NCBI GenBank assembly: GCA_043757325.1
Contig: JAYVPO010000026.1
Location: 22,391-86,390, forward strand
DNA length: 64,000 bases
From: a bacterium
GTDB taxonomy: Bacteria > Bdellovibrionota_B > Oligoflexia > Oligoflexales > RGVZ01
Direction: 5' to 3'
Positions 29,071 to 39,830 of this stretch are shown in pieces. Under the pieces are notes generated by a model that made no database searches, was not told the origin of the DNA, and saw only the letters and a program-made list of their open reading frames with translations. Position 1 is the first letter of the stretch. Every line of letters begins with the position of its first letter. The translations under genes and the position numbers were made by a program.

Positions 29071-29911
29071 CTTTAACGTGTCCCTTAGTAGTTATCTTAC
29101 GAAAACGGGCCAGCAGCCGGGTGAGGTATTTCGACTTGTGGGTTTCGCGAGCTGCCAGATCTTTAACAAAATAATGCCTCAGAATATCCCGCAGCTCGTT
29201 TGGAGTAAGCTTTGGGGAAACCATTCCGTCCGCAACAACCTTTACAGATGACGACTCCTCGGAAATAATCACCACCACAGCGTCTGTTTCTTGAGAAATT
29301 CCAATCGCAGCCCGGTGCCTCGTGCCCATGTATTGTTCGAGATTTTCTTCTTTTGTAAGCGGTAAAAAACACCCTGCGGCGGCGATAACACCTTTTTGAA
29401 TAATGGCAGCTCCATCATGAATCGGAGACTCGGGATTAAATACTGAAATAAGAATTTCTTTTGAAACTCGAGCCCCCAAGGAAACCCCTATATCCACATA
29501 ACGAGACAGCACAATATTGCGTTCAAAAACAATTAATGCGCCGATTTTTTTAGGCGCCAAAGTAAAAACGGCCTGCACAACTTCTTCAATTATAGATCTT
29601 GAGACCAGCGAATTTTCCCCGGATAAAAGCGGCTTTTTTCCGACACTACTTAATACATGCCTAATATCGTCTTGGAATAAAATAATTATAATAATAATTA
29701 GCGAAGAATAAAATTTGCTCAGCATCCAGTTTATAGTATTGAGTGGGATAATCGAAGACAGCAAAAACAAAGCCACCAGAAAAAGCATTCCGGAAAGCAT
29801 CTGAGCAGCTCTTGTTCCTCGGATTAAAATCAGCACGCGATAGATAATAAGCGTAATGACGGCAATATCAATCGCCGAGGTCCAGGTAAACTGTGCAAAA
29901 ATATCTCGCAA
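29063..29911 (-). CDS. cdaA: diadenylate cyclase CdaA (c-di-AMP synthase)
   Basis: Three N-terminal TM helices plus DAC domain motifs PIHDGAAII and GTRHRAAIG. Confidence 0.85.
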   Translation of the reverse strand: MRDIFAQFTWTSAIDIAVITLIIYRVLILIRGTRAAQMLSGMLFLVALFLLSSIIPLNTINWMLSKFYSSLIIIIIILFQDDIRHVLSSVGKKPLLSGENSLVSRSIIEEVVQAVFTLAPKKIGALIVFERNIVLSRYVDIGVSLGARVSKEILISVFNPESPIHDGAAIIQKGVIAAAGCFLPLTKEENLEQYMGTRHRAAIGISQETDAVVVIISEESSSVKVVADGMVSPKLTPNELRDILRHYFVKDLAARETHKSKYLTRLLARFRKITTKGHVKVD

Positions 29912-29912
29912 A

Positions 29913-30713
29913 TCAATCCTTTAAAATTAACATCTCGCACAATTTCGTGAGGTTTTTCACGTCGTGGGTTCGGATCATTGCCACTCCCAACGTAGCCAGT
30001 GAAAATTCCAAAAGTTTGCTTGCAGGATCGCGGTCTTTAGCTATCGGAATATTTAGGTAACGCCCTAAAAAAGACTTCCGAGAAATTCCAACACAAAGTG
30101 AACCCAATTCTGCAAATTCATTTATTCGATAAAGCATGCTCCAATTTAACGGATCATCTTTGCCAAATCCGATTCCAGGATCTAAATAAAACTGGTCTTC
30201 ATCAAATCTAACATGTTTTAAACGCTTTCGGGCATTTGATAAATAATCTTTGACAATTTTAAATCCCGCAGCGCCCGAAAGTGGTGTTTCTTGCATATTA
30301 CTCGGGCTTTTATATAAATGCATGGCGATATATTTTGTTTTTGAAAGGGCAATTTTTTGCAAAATGTTTTCTTCTAACTCGACGCCTTTAATATTATTAA
30401 TCATCCCAACATTCAAATCTAAAACGCGCTCGATAATCTCAGGCTTATTTGTGTCGACGCTGATAACTTTTGAGCCAATATGTTTTATTAGGCTTAATAA
30501 AGGCTTTTCAAGCCGATTCCACTCGTCATGAACAGATAAAAAATCTGCCCCTGGTCTTGTGGATTCTGCTCCAATATCAACATATTGGGCTCCGTTTTCT
30601 AAAAATTCTTGCGCTGCGGTCACACATTTTTTCGGATCTGTAAAATCTCCGCCATCTGAAAAAGAATCGGGCGTAACATTAAGTACGCCCATAATCTTAA
30701 AAGGAATAGACAC
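29913..30713 (-). CDS. folP: dihydropteroate synthase
   Basis: IMGVLNVTPDSFSDGG pterin-binding motif. 266 aa. Confidence 0.9.
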   Translation of the reverse strand: MSIPFKIMGVLNVTPDSFSDGGDFTDPKKCVTAAQEFLENGAQYVDIGAESTRPGADFLSVHDEWNRLEKPLLSLIKHIGSKVISVDTNKPEIIERVLDLNVGMINNIKGVELEENILQKIALSKTKYIAMHLYKSPSNMQETPLSGAAGFKIVKDYLSNARKRLKHVRFDEDQFYLDPGIGFGKDDPLNWSMLYRINEFAELGSLCVGISRKSFLGRYLNIPIAKDRDPASKLLEFSLATLGVAMIRTHDVKNLTKLCEMLILKD

Positions 30714-30721
30714 TGAAAACT

Positions 30722-32686
30722 TCAGCCCCCTTGAGGCATAGGAGTAAGTCCTAATTCCGTATTTGAACGAGGCTCCGTGTTTACGACCGGCTTTTTTAAA
30801 AGCGCTGCGGCATCACGGCGTTTTTGCCGAGATTCCTCGTAACGCCTACGATCTTCAACCGTCAAAACAGGTTCGCCGGAAAGAATTTTTTTCAAATCGC
30901 TACCGTCGATGGTTTCTTTAATTAACAAAGCTTCAGCTAAAAGATCGAGTTTATCGCGGTTATCTCGTAAAATTTGAAACGCCTTACGCGAACCATTGGT
31001 CACAAAACGATGAACTTCAGCGTCAATTTCTTCAGCGATTTTCTCGGAGTAGCTTTGTGATTGGCCCATTTCTCGACCCAAAAATACTTCTTCATTTTTT
31101 TTACCATAAGATAATGGCCCAAGGCGTTCACTCATGCCCCATTTGCACACCATACTGCGTGCGATATCAGTGGCTTTTTGAATATCGTCTCCGGCACCTG
31201 TTGTCATGCGATTAAAAATCAATTCTTCAGCGGCGCGACCACCCATAGCATAGGCAATCATACCTTCAGCATAATCCTTCGAAATAGAAAGTCGATCTTC
31301 CTGAGGTAACATTATTGTAACTCCCAGAGCTTGACCTCGTGGAATAATGCTTATTTTATGGACCGGATCAACATTACCCACGCGCATTCCAACGATTGCA
31401 TGCCCGGCTTCGTGGTACGCGGTGTTTTTCTTTTCTTCTTCACTCATCACCAGACTTTTTCTCTCAGGCCCCATCAGAACTTTGTCTTTAGCCAATTCAA
31501 AATCCAGCATGCTCACATCTTTTGCGTTAGTTCTAGCAGCCATGAGTGCGGCTTCGTTTACAAGATTTTCTAAATCAGCACCAGAAAAACCAGGAGTTCC
31601 CTGCGCAATGACTGACAAGTCGACGTCGCCCGACAGAGGAACTTTTTTACTGTGGACTTTTAATATCCCTTCTCGGCCTCTAACGTCCGGCTTAGGCACA
31701 ACAACACGCCGGTCAAATCGTCCCGGTCTAAGTAATGCAGGATCTAAAACATCGGCTCTGTTTGTGGCTGCAATAACAATCACACCTTCATTGCCTTCAA
31801 ATCCATCCATTTCTACTAAAAGTTGGTTCAAAGTTTGCTCACGCTCATCATGACCACCGCCTAGCCCTGCGCCGCGGTGCCGTCCGACCGCATCGATCTC
31901 ATCTATAAATATGATACAAGGCGCATGCTTTTTGCCTTGTTCAAATAAATCGCGAACTCGGCTAGCCCCAACACCCACAAACATTTCAACAAAATCCGAA
32001 CCTGAAATACTAAAAAAAGGTACGCCAGCTTCGCCAGCAATAGCTTTGGCAAGAATCGTTTTACCGCCGCCTGGAGATCCTATCAATAGCACACCTTTGG
32101 GAATTCTTCCGCCAAGGCGAGTAAATTTTTTAGGGTCTTTTAGAAACTCAATAATTTCTTCAAGTTCGGCTTTAGCCTCATCAATCCCTGCAATATCTGC
32201 AAATGTAATTTTAGAGTTTACGTCAGTTTGCATTCGAGCTCGGCTTTTGCCAAATGACATAGCTTTGCCGCCGCCAATTTGGATCTGACGCATAAAAAAC
32301 ACAAATAAAAGTAACAGCAGAAGCATAGGAAGTGAGTTTATCAACAAAGCTTTCCACCAACTTGTTTCTTCCACCGGCTCGTAATTGACGTGCACACCTT
32401 TGGACTGCAATTCTTTGCGCATTTCGGGATCGTTTGGTCCAAACGTTTTAAAAGTAGTGCCGTCGCGACGTTTTCCAGTGATGTTATTTTCTTTATATGT
32501 CACCTCGGCAACAGCGTTTGGTGCATCTTTTGGGAGATTAACAATCTCGGTAAATTCAGAAAATTTTAACGTCGTAATCTCTTCTGGAGGTTTAACCATT
32601 AGGTGAACAAGTAAAAATAATCCGACAACGCCTATAAAAAGCATCATCATTCGAAACTGTTGTTGTTTTTGTGGAGTTTTGGCCAT
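30722..32686 (-). CDS. ftsH: ATP-dependent zinc metalloprotease FtsH
   Basis: AAA module ([14 protein letters not shown]) plus zinc site HEAGHAIV. 654 aa. Confidence 0.95.
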   Translation of the reverse strand: MAKTPQKQQQFRMMMLFIGVVGLFLLVHLMVKPPEEITTLKFSEFTEIVNLPKDAPNAVAEVTYKENNITGKRRDGTTFKTFGPNDPEMRKELQSKGVHVNYEPVEETSWWKALLINSLPMLLLLLLFVFFMRQIQIGGGKAMSFGKSRARMQTDVNSKITFADIAGIDEAKAELEEIIEFLKDPKKFTRLGGRIPKGVLLIGSPGGGKTILAKAIAGEAGVPFFSISGSDFVEMFVGVGASRVRDLFEQGKKHAPCIIFIDEIDAVGRHRGAGLGGGHDEREQTLNQLLVEMDGFEGNEGVIVIAATNRADVLDPALLRPGRFDRRVVVPKPDVRGREGILKVHSKKVPLSGDVDLSVIAQGTPGFSGADLENLVNEAALMAARTNAKDVSMLDFELAKDKVLMGPERKSLVMSEEEKKNTAYHEAGHAIVGMRVGNVDPVHKISIIPRGQALGVTIMLPQEDRLSISKDYAEGMIAYAMGGRAAEELIFNRMTTGAGDDIQKATDIARSMVCKWGMSERLGPLSYGKKNEEVFLGREMGQSQSYSEKIAEEIDAEVHRFVTNGSRKAFQILRDNRDKLDLLAEALLIKETIDGSDLKKILSGEPVLTVEDRRRYEESRQKRRDAAALLKKPVVNTEPRSNTELGLTPMPQGG

Positions 32687-32839
32687 TTTTTAAAATCCTT
32701 TAGTTTTTAAAATAATGCTTCTTTTGAAATAGTGAAGAGACATCACTCAATATTTTATGATCTCACGAAGAGTTTATTTTTCCAAGCTGTCAAAACTGCA
32801 GTATTTACGAGAATTCTTATAAAACTCTTAGAAGATAAT

Positions 32840-35116
32840 TTAGCCCGAAGAGCCGCCACCGAGCCACTTTCGCGGTTTCGATCCATCCGACTTTGCTACG
32901 AGTCCTTTCGATTCCATAAATTCCACCATTCGAGCCGCTCGATTGTAGCCAATCTTTAAATGTCGCTGCAAAAAAGAGGCGCTAACTACTTGATAATTTT
33001 TAGCAATTTGAATCGCTTCGGAATATTTGGGATCATCTATTACAGACGAATCCGAATCGTCTTCGTCAGATTTTTTTTCTTTGGATACTTCGTCGTCAAT
33101 CCAATTCATGATATTAGAATCATATTGTGAGCTGCCGCTTAGTTTTGCAGCTGCAACAAGTTCAATCACTTCTTCATCACTGACAAAGGCCCCTTGAATT
33201 CTTTCCAGTTTTCCGGTACCAGGTTTTTGAAACAGAAGATCGCCCTTACCAAGTAGTTTTTCTGACCCCATTTGATCTAAAATCGTACGAGAATCATGCT
33301 TGGAAACAACTTGAAAAGATATTCTGCACGGTAAATTAGCTTTAATCACACCTGTAATAATATCTACCGATGGTCTTTGGGTTGCCAGAACCATATGAAT
33401 TCCCGATGCCCGGGCTTTTTGAGCAAGTCTTTGAATAGACGATTCCACGTCTTTTGGGGCCGTCATCATCAGGTCTGCTAGTTCATCAATCACAATTAAA
33501 ATAAACGGCAGCTTGTCAATTTCCTGATCGTTACACAATGTTCGCAATGATTGCTTTTTATCTTCAGAAGCTTTCTCCCAAAATTGATTGAAGCTACTAA
33601 TATGCCTCACACTTGCATGCTGCATGAGTTTGTATCGACGTTCCATTTCACTTGCGGCCCATTTTAGGGCCGTTGATGCGCGGTCAGGTTCGGTAATAAC
33701 AGGCATAAGTAAATGGGGAATCCCTTCATAAACCGAAAGTTCCAGCATTTTTGGATCTACTAGAATCATGCGCACATCGTCGGGAGATGATTTTAGAATA
33801 ATACTGCTGATCAGAGCATTGACCGCCACGGATTTTCCAGAACCCGTCGCGCCCGCGCACAAAAGATGTGGCATGGTGGTGATATCTGCACATACAGGTT
33901 GCCCATTAAGAGACTTACCCATGGCAAAAGTCAACGGAGAAGCGGCATTTTTAAACACGTCACTCGTAATAATATCTCCGAGTAAAACCGTGTCGCGTTT
34001 TGGATTTGGGACTTGGACACCCAAGGCTCTTTTTCCTGGTATCGGGTGGATTAAAATCGAGTCGACTTTGAGAGCCAGGGCCAAATCATCGATCAAGGAA
34101 AATACTTTAGATTGCTTAATACCGGCGTCGGGTTGGAATTCATACACCGTTACCACAGGCCCAGACTGGTAACCGATGATTTTTCCTGAAATTTGAAATT
34201 CCTGAAAAGTTTTGGTTAAAAGGTTGGCGATGATTTCGTAATCTTTTGTCGAGAGTAGAAAAGATTTGGATGGATCAGATTTGGAAAGAATACCGAAGTC
34301 TGGAAACTTATATGTGGTTTTATTTTTGTAAAAAGAACTTGGCTCTGCAAAGATTTCTGTAGAACTTTCTACAAATTCTGGGGTCTCCGCTTCAAAAACT
34401 GGATCTACCGAAGTAAAATTAGGCGGATGGGGCAAAAAATTTGGCTGAGAAAAACCAGCGGGCACAGATGTTGCGGGCAGAGAAAAACGGAATTTCGCAA
34501 AAAAATTCGAGACAAATGAAAATTGACTAGTAGATGACGATTCAGAATGATTTTTTCCGGCCAAAAAAGGCTCAATTGTAAAGAGTAAAAACCTTTGCCT
34601 CACACATAAAAATCCGATCGCAAGTACGGCAAAAGCACTGAGATACGCCCCCGAAATACCGAGGTGATAAATCGTTAGATTTTTTAAAAATGCACCTAAC
34701 TTTCCACCCGATGGAAAAGTAAAATCAAAAATCGTAAAAAAATCCTTGAAAAGACTTACCAGTAAAACGCCTGAAAGAAACATGGCTAGCAGTCCAAATA
34801 AAAGCATAAAACGTAAGGAATTTAATTTCATGCTTTTTGATTTTCTAAAAAATTCCAACATGGGAATTGGAAGAAATAGTGCCGACAAGCCAAAACAAAA
34901 CACCGAATAGGAACTTAAGGTTGCGCCAAACCGGCCACCGAGATTCTGGATGGTGGTAACCTTTGGAATGGAAGAGCTAAATATTGTTGGGTCGGAAATT
35001 TCAAAAGAAAAAAGAGCCAGGTAATAAAAAATCCCAAGCCCAAAAATCAAGATAAAGGCAATCTCTGATTTAAAATCTAACCGGCCGGCAACCCACGAAT
35101 GTAAATATTTCTTCAT
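32840..35116 (-). CDS. ftsK: DNA translocase FtsK
   Basis: N-terminal polytopic membrane domain, a linker, the motor domain (GATGSGKS) and a C-terminal gamma winged-helix. Confidence 0.9.
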   Translation of the reverse strand: MKKYLHSWVAGRLDFKSEIAFILIFGLGIFYYLALFSFEISDPTIFSSSIPKVTTIQNLGGRFGATLSSYSVFCFGLSALFLPIPMLEFFRKSKSMKLNSLRFMLLFGLLAMFLSGVLLVSLFKDFFTIFDFTFPSGGKLGAFLKNLTIYHLGISGAYLSAFAVLAIGFLCVRQRFLLFTIEPFLAGKNHSESSSTSQFSFVSNFFAKFRFSLPATSVPAGFSQPNFLPHPPNFTSVDPVFEAETPEFVESSTEIFAEPSSFYKNKTTYKFPDFGILSKSDPSKSFLLSTKDYEIIANLLTKTFQEFQISGKIIGYQSGPVVTVYEFQPDAGIKQSKVFSLIDDLALALKVDSILIHPIPGKRALGVQVPNPKRDTVLLGDIITSDVFKNAASPLTFAMGKSLNGQPVCADITTMPHLLCAGATGSGKSVAVNALISSIILKSSPDDVRMILVDPKMLELSVYEGIPHLLMPVITEPDRASTALKWAASEMERRYKLMQHASVRHISSFNQFWEKASEDKKQSLRTLCNDQEIDKLPFILIVIDELADLMMTAPKDVESSIQRLAQKARASGIHMVLATQRPSVDIITGVIKANLPCRISFQVVSKHDSRTILDQMGSEKLLGKGDLLFQKPGTGKLERIQGAFVSDEEVIELVAAAKLSGSSQYDSNIMNWIDDEVSKEKKSDEDDSDSSVIDDPKYSEAIQIAKNYQVVSASFLQRHLKIGYNRAARMVEFMESKGLVAKSDGSKPRKWLGGGSSG

Positions 35117-35259
35117 AGTTCGATTATAACTTAGTTACAGGCCGCTGCAAAATTCTGTAGGAGTATAAGTTTTTTGTGTATAGTTTTATAAACGGAATTA
35201 GTAAATCTATCGATTTGACGTTAAGGTTTTTTGTGCTTTAAGAATTTAAAGGGTACAGC

Positions 35260-35997
35260 GTGATTACTTTCTCAAACGTCAACTGCACACGTAACCATCG
35301 CCTTATTTTAAACAACTTATCCTTTGCCTGTGCACTAGGAGAAACTACGGTTCTTTTAGGAGGGAGTGGAAGCGGCAAGTCAAGTATTTTAAAACTCATG
35401 TTAGGGCTACTCGCACCTGAATCTGGAACTATTAACTTTAAAGACAAAAATTTAAAAGACTGGGACCTACTCGAACTTCGCCGTCAAGCTGGCTATGTTA
35501 TCCAGAATGGTGGATTGTTTCCTCATATGACTATGCTGCAAAACATTACCTTGATGGCAAATTTTTTGAAAAAAGATCGCGCTTGGATTAGAAGTCGAGT
35601 CGTTGACTTATTGGAATTGGTAAATCTTAAGGAAACCCAGCTTGAAAAATTACCTTACGAACTTTCTGGTGGCGAAAATCAACGCGTTGCATTGATGCGG
35701 GCTTTGTTTTTAGACCCAAAAGTTTTGTTTTTTGATGAGCCACTCAGTGCTCTGGATCCAATCACAAGATCGGATTTGCAAAAAGATTTAAAACAAATTT
35801 TTGGCAAACTTAAAAAAACCGTAGTTCTAGTGACCCATGATTTATTTGAGGCTTCGTACCTAGGAGATCGCTTAATTTTACTCCAAGATGGAGTAATTAA
35901 ACAAAACAGCTCCAGTGAAGAATTTTTGAAAAATCCCAAAACAGAATACGCCAAAAAATTTGTAAATGCTCAGACCCAAGGTAGGATTATGTTATGA
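35260..35997 (+). CDS. osmoprotectant (glycine betaine/choline-type) ABC transporter ATP-binding protein
   Basis: Walker A GGSGSGKSS, signature LSGGENQR and Walker B FFDEP. GTG start. Coupled to the downstream fused SBP-permease. Confidence 0.8.
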   Translation: MITFSNVNCTRNHRLILNNLSFACALGETTVLLGGSGSGKSSILKLMLGLLAPESGTINFKDKNLKDWDLLELRRQAGYVIQNGGLFPHMTMLQNITLMANFLKKDRAWIRSRVVDLLELVNLKETQLEKLPYELSGGENQRVALMRALFLDPKVLFFDEPLSALDPITRSDLQKDLKQIFGKLKKTVVLVTHDLFEASYLGDRLILLQDGVIKQNSSSEEFLKNPKTEYAKKFVNAQTQGRIML

Positions 35998-37496
35998 AAA
36001 ACCTTTTTATTTATTTGATTTTTATATTCAGAGATTTTTCTGGCGCCTATGCTGAGATCAAAGTCGGTTCAAAAAACTTTACCGAGGGGATTTTACTTGG
36101 AGAAGTCGCGTCTATTCTGGTTGAAAAAACCGGTCAAAAAGTTACGCACACTCAAGGTCTTGGCGGATCGCGGATTTTGTGGGAAGCACTGCGCGCAGGG
36201 AATATTGATATCTACGCTGAGTATACCGGCACTATTTCTGAGGAACTTTTGAAGAATTCAGAATTAAAGAATATCAGTCAATTTAAATCCGAACTTTTAA
36301 AACTAAATATCGGAATTTCTGCGCCACTTGGCTTTAACAATACGTACGCCCTGGGTATGAAAAAAAGCACTGCACAAAAATTTCAGCTTAAAAATATTTC
36401 TGATTTAGTTAACTCAAAAGATTTAAAAATTGGATTTAGTAATGAGTTTTTGGCACGTCAAGACGGTTGGCTCGCACTTAAGAAAAATTATTTATTGAAT
36501 AACTTAACTAACGTGACCGGATTGGATCACGATCTTGCCTACGAGGGTCTGCGTGCTGGTCGCATTGATTTAACAGATATTTACACAACTGACGCTGAAA
36601 TTGCGACCTACGAACTTGTCGCCTTAAAAGATGACAAAAACTTTTTCCCGAAATACGAAGCTGTTTTTTTATATAAAATTGACCGAGTTTCTAATGCGGC
36701 GATCGACGCTTTAAATTCTCTGCAAGCAGCAATTGACGAAAATACCATGAGCAAAATGAACAGCGAAGTTAAAATTGACAAAAAAAACCCACGCGCTGTG
36801 GCAGGAGATTTTTTAGCTAAAAGGCTATCGTCTCCCGCAGAGTTTTTAGAAAACGAAAACCTAACTCGCACAAAGCAATTTTTTATTTACTCAATGGATC
36901 ATCTGAAATTGTTTCTGTCGTCACTTCTGGCAGCCATACTTTGCGGTCTGCCACTAGGGATTTTTGCTGCCATGAGCGCGCGCTTGGCAAAACTCATTCT
37001 TGGTTTTACGGCTGTGATTCAGACCATTCCATCATTAGCTTTACTTGTTTTGATGATTCCATTGTTGGGAATTGGATTCTGGCCTGCCTTTTGGGCATTG
37101 TTTCTATATAGCCTTTTACCAATTGTAAGAGGAACTTACTTAGGACTTACTACTATTGATCGCGAATTGTTGGAAAGTGCTAAAGCGCTGGGATTACCCT
37201 ATTCGGTTAGACTAAAAGTTATTGATTTGCCGCTCGCCACAAGTTCCATTCTATCCGGGATTAAAACATCGGCAGTCATTAATGTTGGCACTGCTACGTT
37301 AGGGGCTTTAATTGGAGCCGGGGGCTACGGGCAGCCAATTTTATCCGGAATCAGATTAAGTGATATGAACCAAATACTGATGGGAGCTGTCCCATCAGCG
37401 GTTTTGGCTCTTTTAGTGCAATTCGCATTTGACCAATTAGAACAGATTCTTGTTCCGTTTGGTCTGAAAAATCACCCCGGTTCTCGAACTTCATAA
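35994..37496 (+). CDS. osmoprotectant ABC transporter fused substrate-binding protein/permease
   Basis: N-terminal signal peptide plus an OpuBC-like periplasmic binding domain. The C-terminal half has 5-6 TM helices with the EAA-like permease loop (ESAKALGLPY). Confidence 0.75.
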   Translation: MKNLFIYLIFIFRDFSGAYAEIKVGSKNFTEGILLGEVASILVEKTGQKVTHTQGLGGSRILWEALRAGNIDIYAEYTGTISEELLKNSELKNISQFKSELLKLNIGISAPLGFNNTYALGMKKSTAQKFQLKNISDLVNSKDLKIGFSNEFLARQDGWLALKKNYLLNNLTNVTGLDHDLAYEGLRAGRIDLTDIYTTDAEIATYELVALKDDKNFFPKYEAVFLYKIDRVSNAAIDALNSLQAAIDENTMSKMNSEVKIDKKNPRAVAGDFLAKRLSSPAEFLENENLTRTKQFFIYSMDHLKLFLSSLLAAILCGLPLGIFAAMSARLAKLILGFTAVIQTIPSLALLVLMIPLLGIGFWPAFWALFLYSLLPIVRGTYLGLTTIDRELLESAKALGLPYSVRLKVIDLPLATSSILSGIKTSAVINVGTATLGALIGAGGYGQPILSGIRLSDMNQILMGAVPSAVLALLVQFAFDQLEQILVPFGLKNHPGSRTS

Positions 37497-38371
37497 AGCA
37501 GGCCGTAAGTGATGCACGAAGCAGCGATAACAAGACTTACCGCTCCCGCCGCCATAGCTAATGTGCCTATACGTGAACCCCTAAATTTTCCTCCGCTCCA
37601 AGTTTTGATTTCTTCGGGAGAAATCATATAATAAGCTCCGGACATTAAAACAAATCCACACACACCTAATAGAATCCCAAAAAGTAAAGTTGTTGCAGTA
37701 ACATCTTTCTCTACTTTCTGAGCGTAGGCAGATGTTTCAAACAAATTAAAAATATCAAACTTTGCAGACGGTTTCTTTGCAGCACCAAGATCAACACCAG
37801 GCTTAGCAACCTTTACCGCAACTTGTCTTGCAAAACTTTTAAATGTACGGTCTAAGTTGTTGATAGTATCGTCGAAAGACTGGGTAAGATTTATTGCTAT
37901 TTCCTTCGCTGGAACAAGAGTTTCTTGAGTATCAAAACCAACGATCTTTCCCAGGCTATTAACCTCATAAGCGCTCAAATTAAACGTCACCGTGCTTTTT
38001 TCTTCGAGTTGAGAAAAATCCGAAGTCATTTTATATGCAACAGAATCGATTTGTAAATTCTCAGCAACTTTAAAAAAATACTTGCTTAAATTTTCAGGGT
38101 TTTTTTCAAGTTCAGACTGGGAAACGGACAGAGAATTCGCATCAACAATTGATACTTTAGCTTTGGCCAAGGAATTAAAAAGTTTAATTTGAGTAGACAG
38201 GAGAAGTTTCTTCAATTCGGACGGGGACTTTTTCTGCAAGCTTTCATAGGATGTTTTAGCATCGGGATGGCTCAAAATCGCAGCATCTTGCGATCTGGTT
38301 TGCTGACAGGCCGGAATCATAGTAATCGAATAACACAACATTACAGAAATCACACCACGAGAAACTAACAT
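37472..38371 (-). CDS. hypothetical lipoprotein with C-terminal transmembrane hairpin
   Basis: Lipobox-like MIPAC and two C-terminal hydrophobic helices. 3' end overlaps the ABC permease gene convergently by 25 bp. Confidence 0.35.
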   Translation of the reverse strand: MLVSRGVISVMLCYSITMIPACQQTRSQDAAILSHPDAKTSYESLQKKSPSELKKLLLSTQIKLFNSLAKAKVSIVDANSLSVSQSELEKNPENLSKYFFKVAENLQIDSVAYKMTSDFSQLEEKSTVTFNLSAYEVNSLGKIVGFDTQETLVPAKEIAINLTQSFDDTINNLDRTFKSFARQVAVKVAKPGVDLGAAKKPSAKFDIFNLFETSAYAQKVEKDVTATTLLFGILLGVCGFVLMSGAYYMISPEEIKTWSGGKFRGSRIGTLAMAAGAVSLVIAASCITYGLLYEVREPG

Positions 38372-38847
38372 AATGGCTCCTTTGAAAACAGGTTGCCCTG
38401 ACGATAGTATTTCAAATCAGAAATTTCAAGCGGAAGCATTTCAATTAACTTTTTTGCCTCGGCAAAACCTTTAGTTTATTCGAAAAGCGGATCTCGTGAG
38501 CTCATATAAATTTCCGCTCAAGTTGAATTATAATTAGAGTTATATTTTTCAAAAGTTGCCTTTTTCGAACTTTCGGGCCGGGAAAATGTGTCTTAGACGG
38601 TGCCTGATATTTACTATGATGTGGGCAAGTTTTAAAGGAAAACTAAAACGTCCGCTATACTTTTTATGGTTTTTTACCATTTAACCAAAAAACTATTTGG
38701 CTGCAAAGCTTGAAATAACCTAAACAAAACTTTTATACTTATAAATAAGACTCTTTCAATTATTTTAAGTTTTTATTTTTTTATGCCTAAAGGTTTTCGA
38801 AACGATACCGAACTAATGGGAAAGAATTAATCTCAAGGAGCTATCCA

Positions 38848-39783
38848 ATGAATCAGGCGCCTAATAATCAAGGAAATAATACTTTTTCCTCTCAACAGGC
38901 TTCACCGACGAATCCCTTCACTGCGGATTTGAAAAGTGAGTTTTCAAGCAATTTCGGCACTAATACGAATGCTGTTTCTCAAATTTTTAAAGAAGGCGGC
39001 TTTTCTAATAATAATAGAACCAAGTATTACATTCTTGCCGCAGTTTTGTTAGTCGCCGCCGCTGCGGGATTTTACATTTATACTGAGACCCAATCTGATA
39101 CTCCTCCGATTGCACCAGCGGCTCCTATTGCGGCGGTTCCTAAACCTGCTGCGGCCGTTAAACCGGCAGAAGTAGCTGACGCAGCAGACGATGCTTCTGC
39201 AGACGATGCTGCCGATAGTGCGCCTCAATCAGCCGGCGCTAGTGGAGTTGTTAAACTTCAGACTCCTGCTTCTGGTTCTTCAATCAATTATGACGAAACC
39301 CAACACAGTGCCAAGTTTTCCTGGGAGGGTTCAGGCGGTACGATTGTTTTCTCTCGAGCTTCTTCGATGACACCTGAAGTTATGCGAGCGAAAGTTTCGG
39401 GTAATAATTTTTCTTTCTCAAATCCGTGGCCAGGAACTTGGTTTTGGCGCGTAGAGAATGAGGCGGGAGCTAGTGAAGTGCGATCCTTCTCTGTTTCGGC
39501 ACCAGCGCGCAGAAATATCGCACTTACAACTCCGGCGGCTGGAGCAACTTTAGCTGGTACAGGCGGCGAGGTAACCTGGCAAGGTGATACCAACATTGCA
39601 AGGTACAAAGTTGAGATGACAACGGCCGAGTGGGCCAACCCTACTTACGTATTTTCTTCTTCCGGTTCTAAGTTGACTTTGAACGCTGTAACAGCGGGAA
39701 AATATAAAATGCGACTCGGAGCTTTTTCGGAAGTTTCAGGTCGTTGGGAATTCACACAGCCCGTTGATATTACAGTTCAGTAA
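38848..39783 (+). CDS. hypothetical membrane-anchored protein with Ala/Pro-rich linker and two internal beta-rich repeats
   Basis: RBS AAGGAG 7 nt upstream. The layout is a cytoplasmic N-terminus, a TM (ILAAVLLVAAAAGFYIY), a PAAPIAAVPKPAAAVKPAE linker, then two ~80-aa repeats each beginning L(Q/T)TPA(S/A)G. Confidence 0.5.
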   Translation: MNQAPNNQGNNTFSSQQASPTNPFTADLKSEFSSNFGTNTNAVSQIFKEGGFSNNNRTKYYILAAVLLVAAAAGFYIYTETQSDTPPIAPAAPIAAVPKPAAAVKPAEVADAADDASADDAADSAPQSAGASGVVKLQTPASGSSINYDETQHSAKFSWEGSGGTIVFSRASSMTPEVMRAKVSGNNFSFSNPWPGTWFWRVENEAGASEVRSFSVSAPARRNIALTTPAAGATLAGTGGEVTWQGDTNIARYKVEMTTAEWANPTYVFSSSGSKLTLNAVTAGKYKMRLGAFSEVSGRWEFTQPVDITVQ

Positions 39784-39798
39784 AAGATTCAGTAAAAA

Positions 39799-39830
39799 CA
39801 GGAAAAAGGGGACACCCGCCTTTTTTCCTA
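39799..39830. terminator. bidirectional hairpin between convergent genes
   Basis: CAGGAAAAAGG-loop-CCTTTTTTCCT stem-loop whose right arm includes the stop codon of the metalloprotease gene. Confidence 0.35.
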
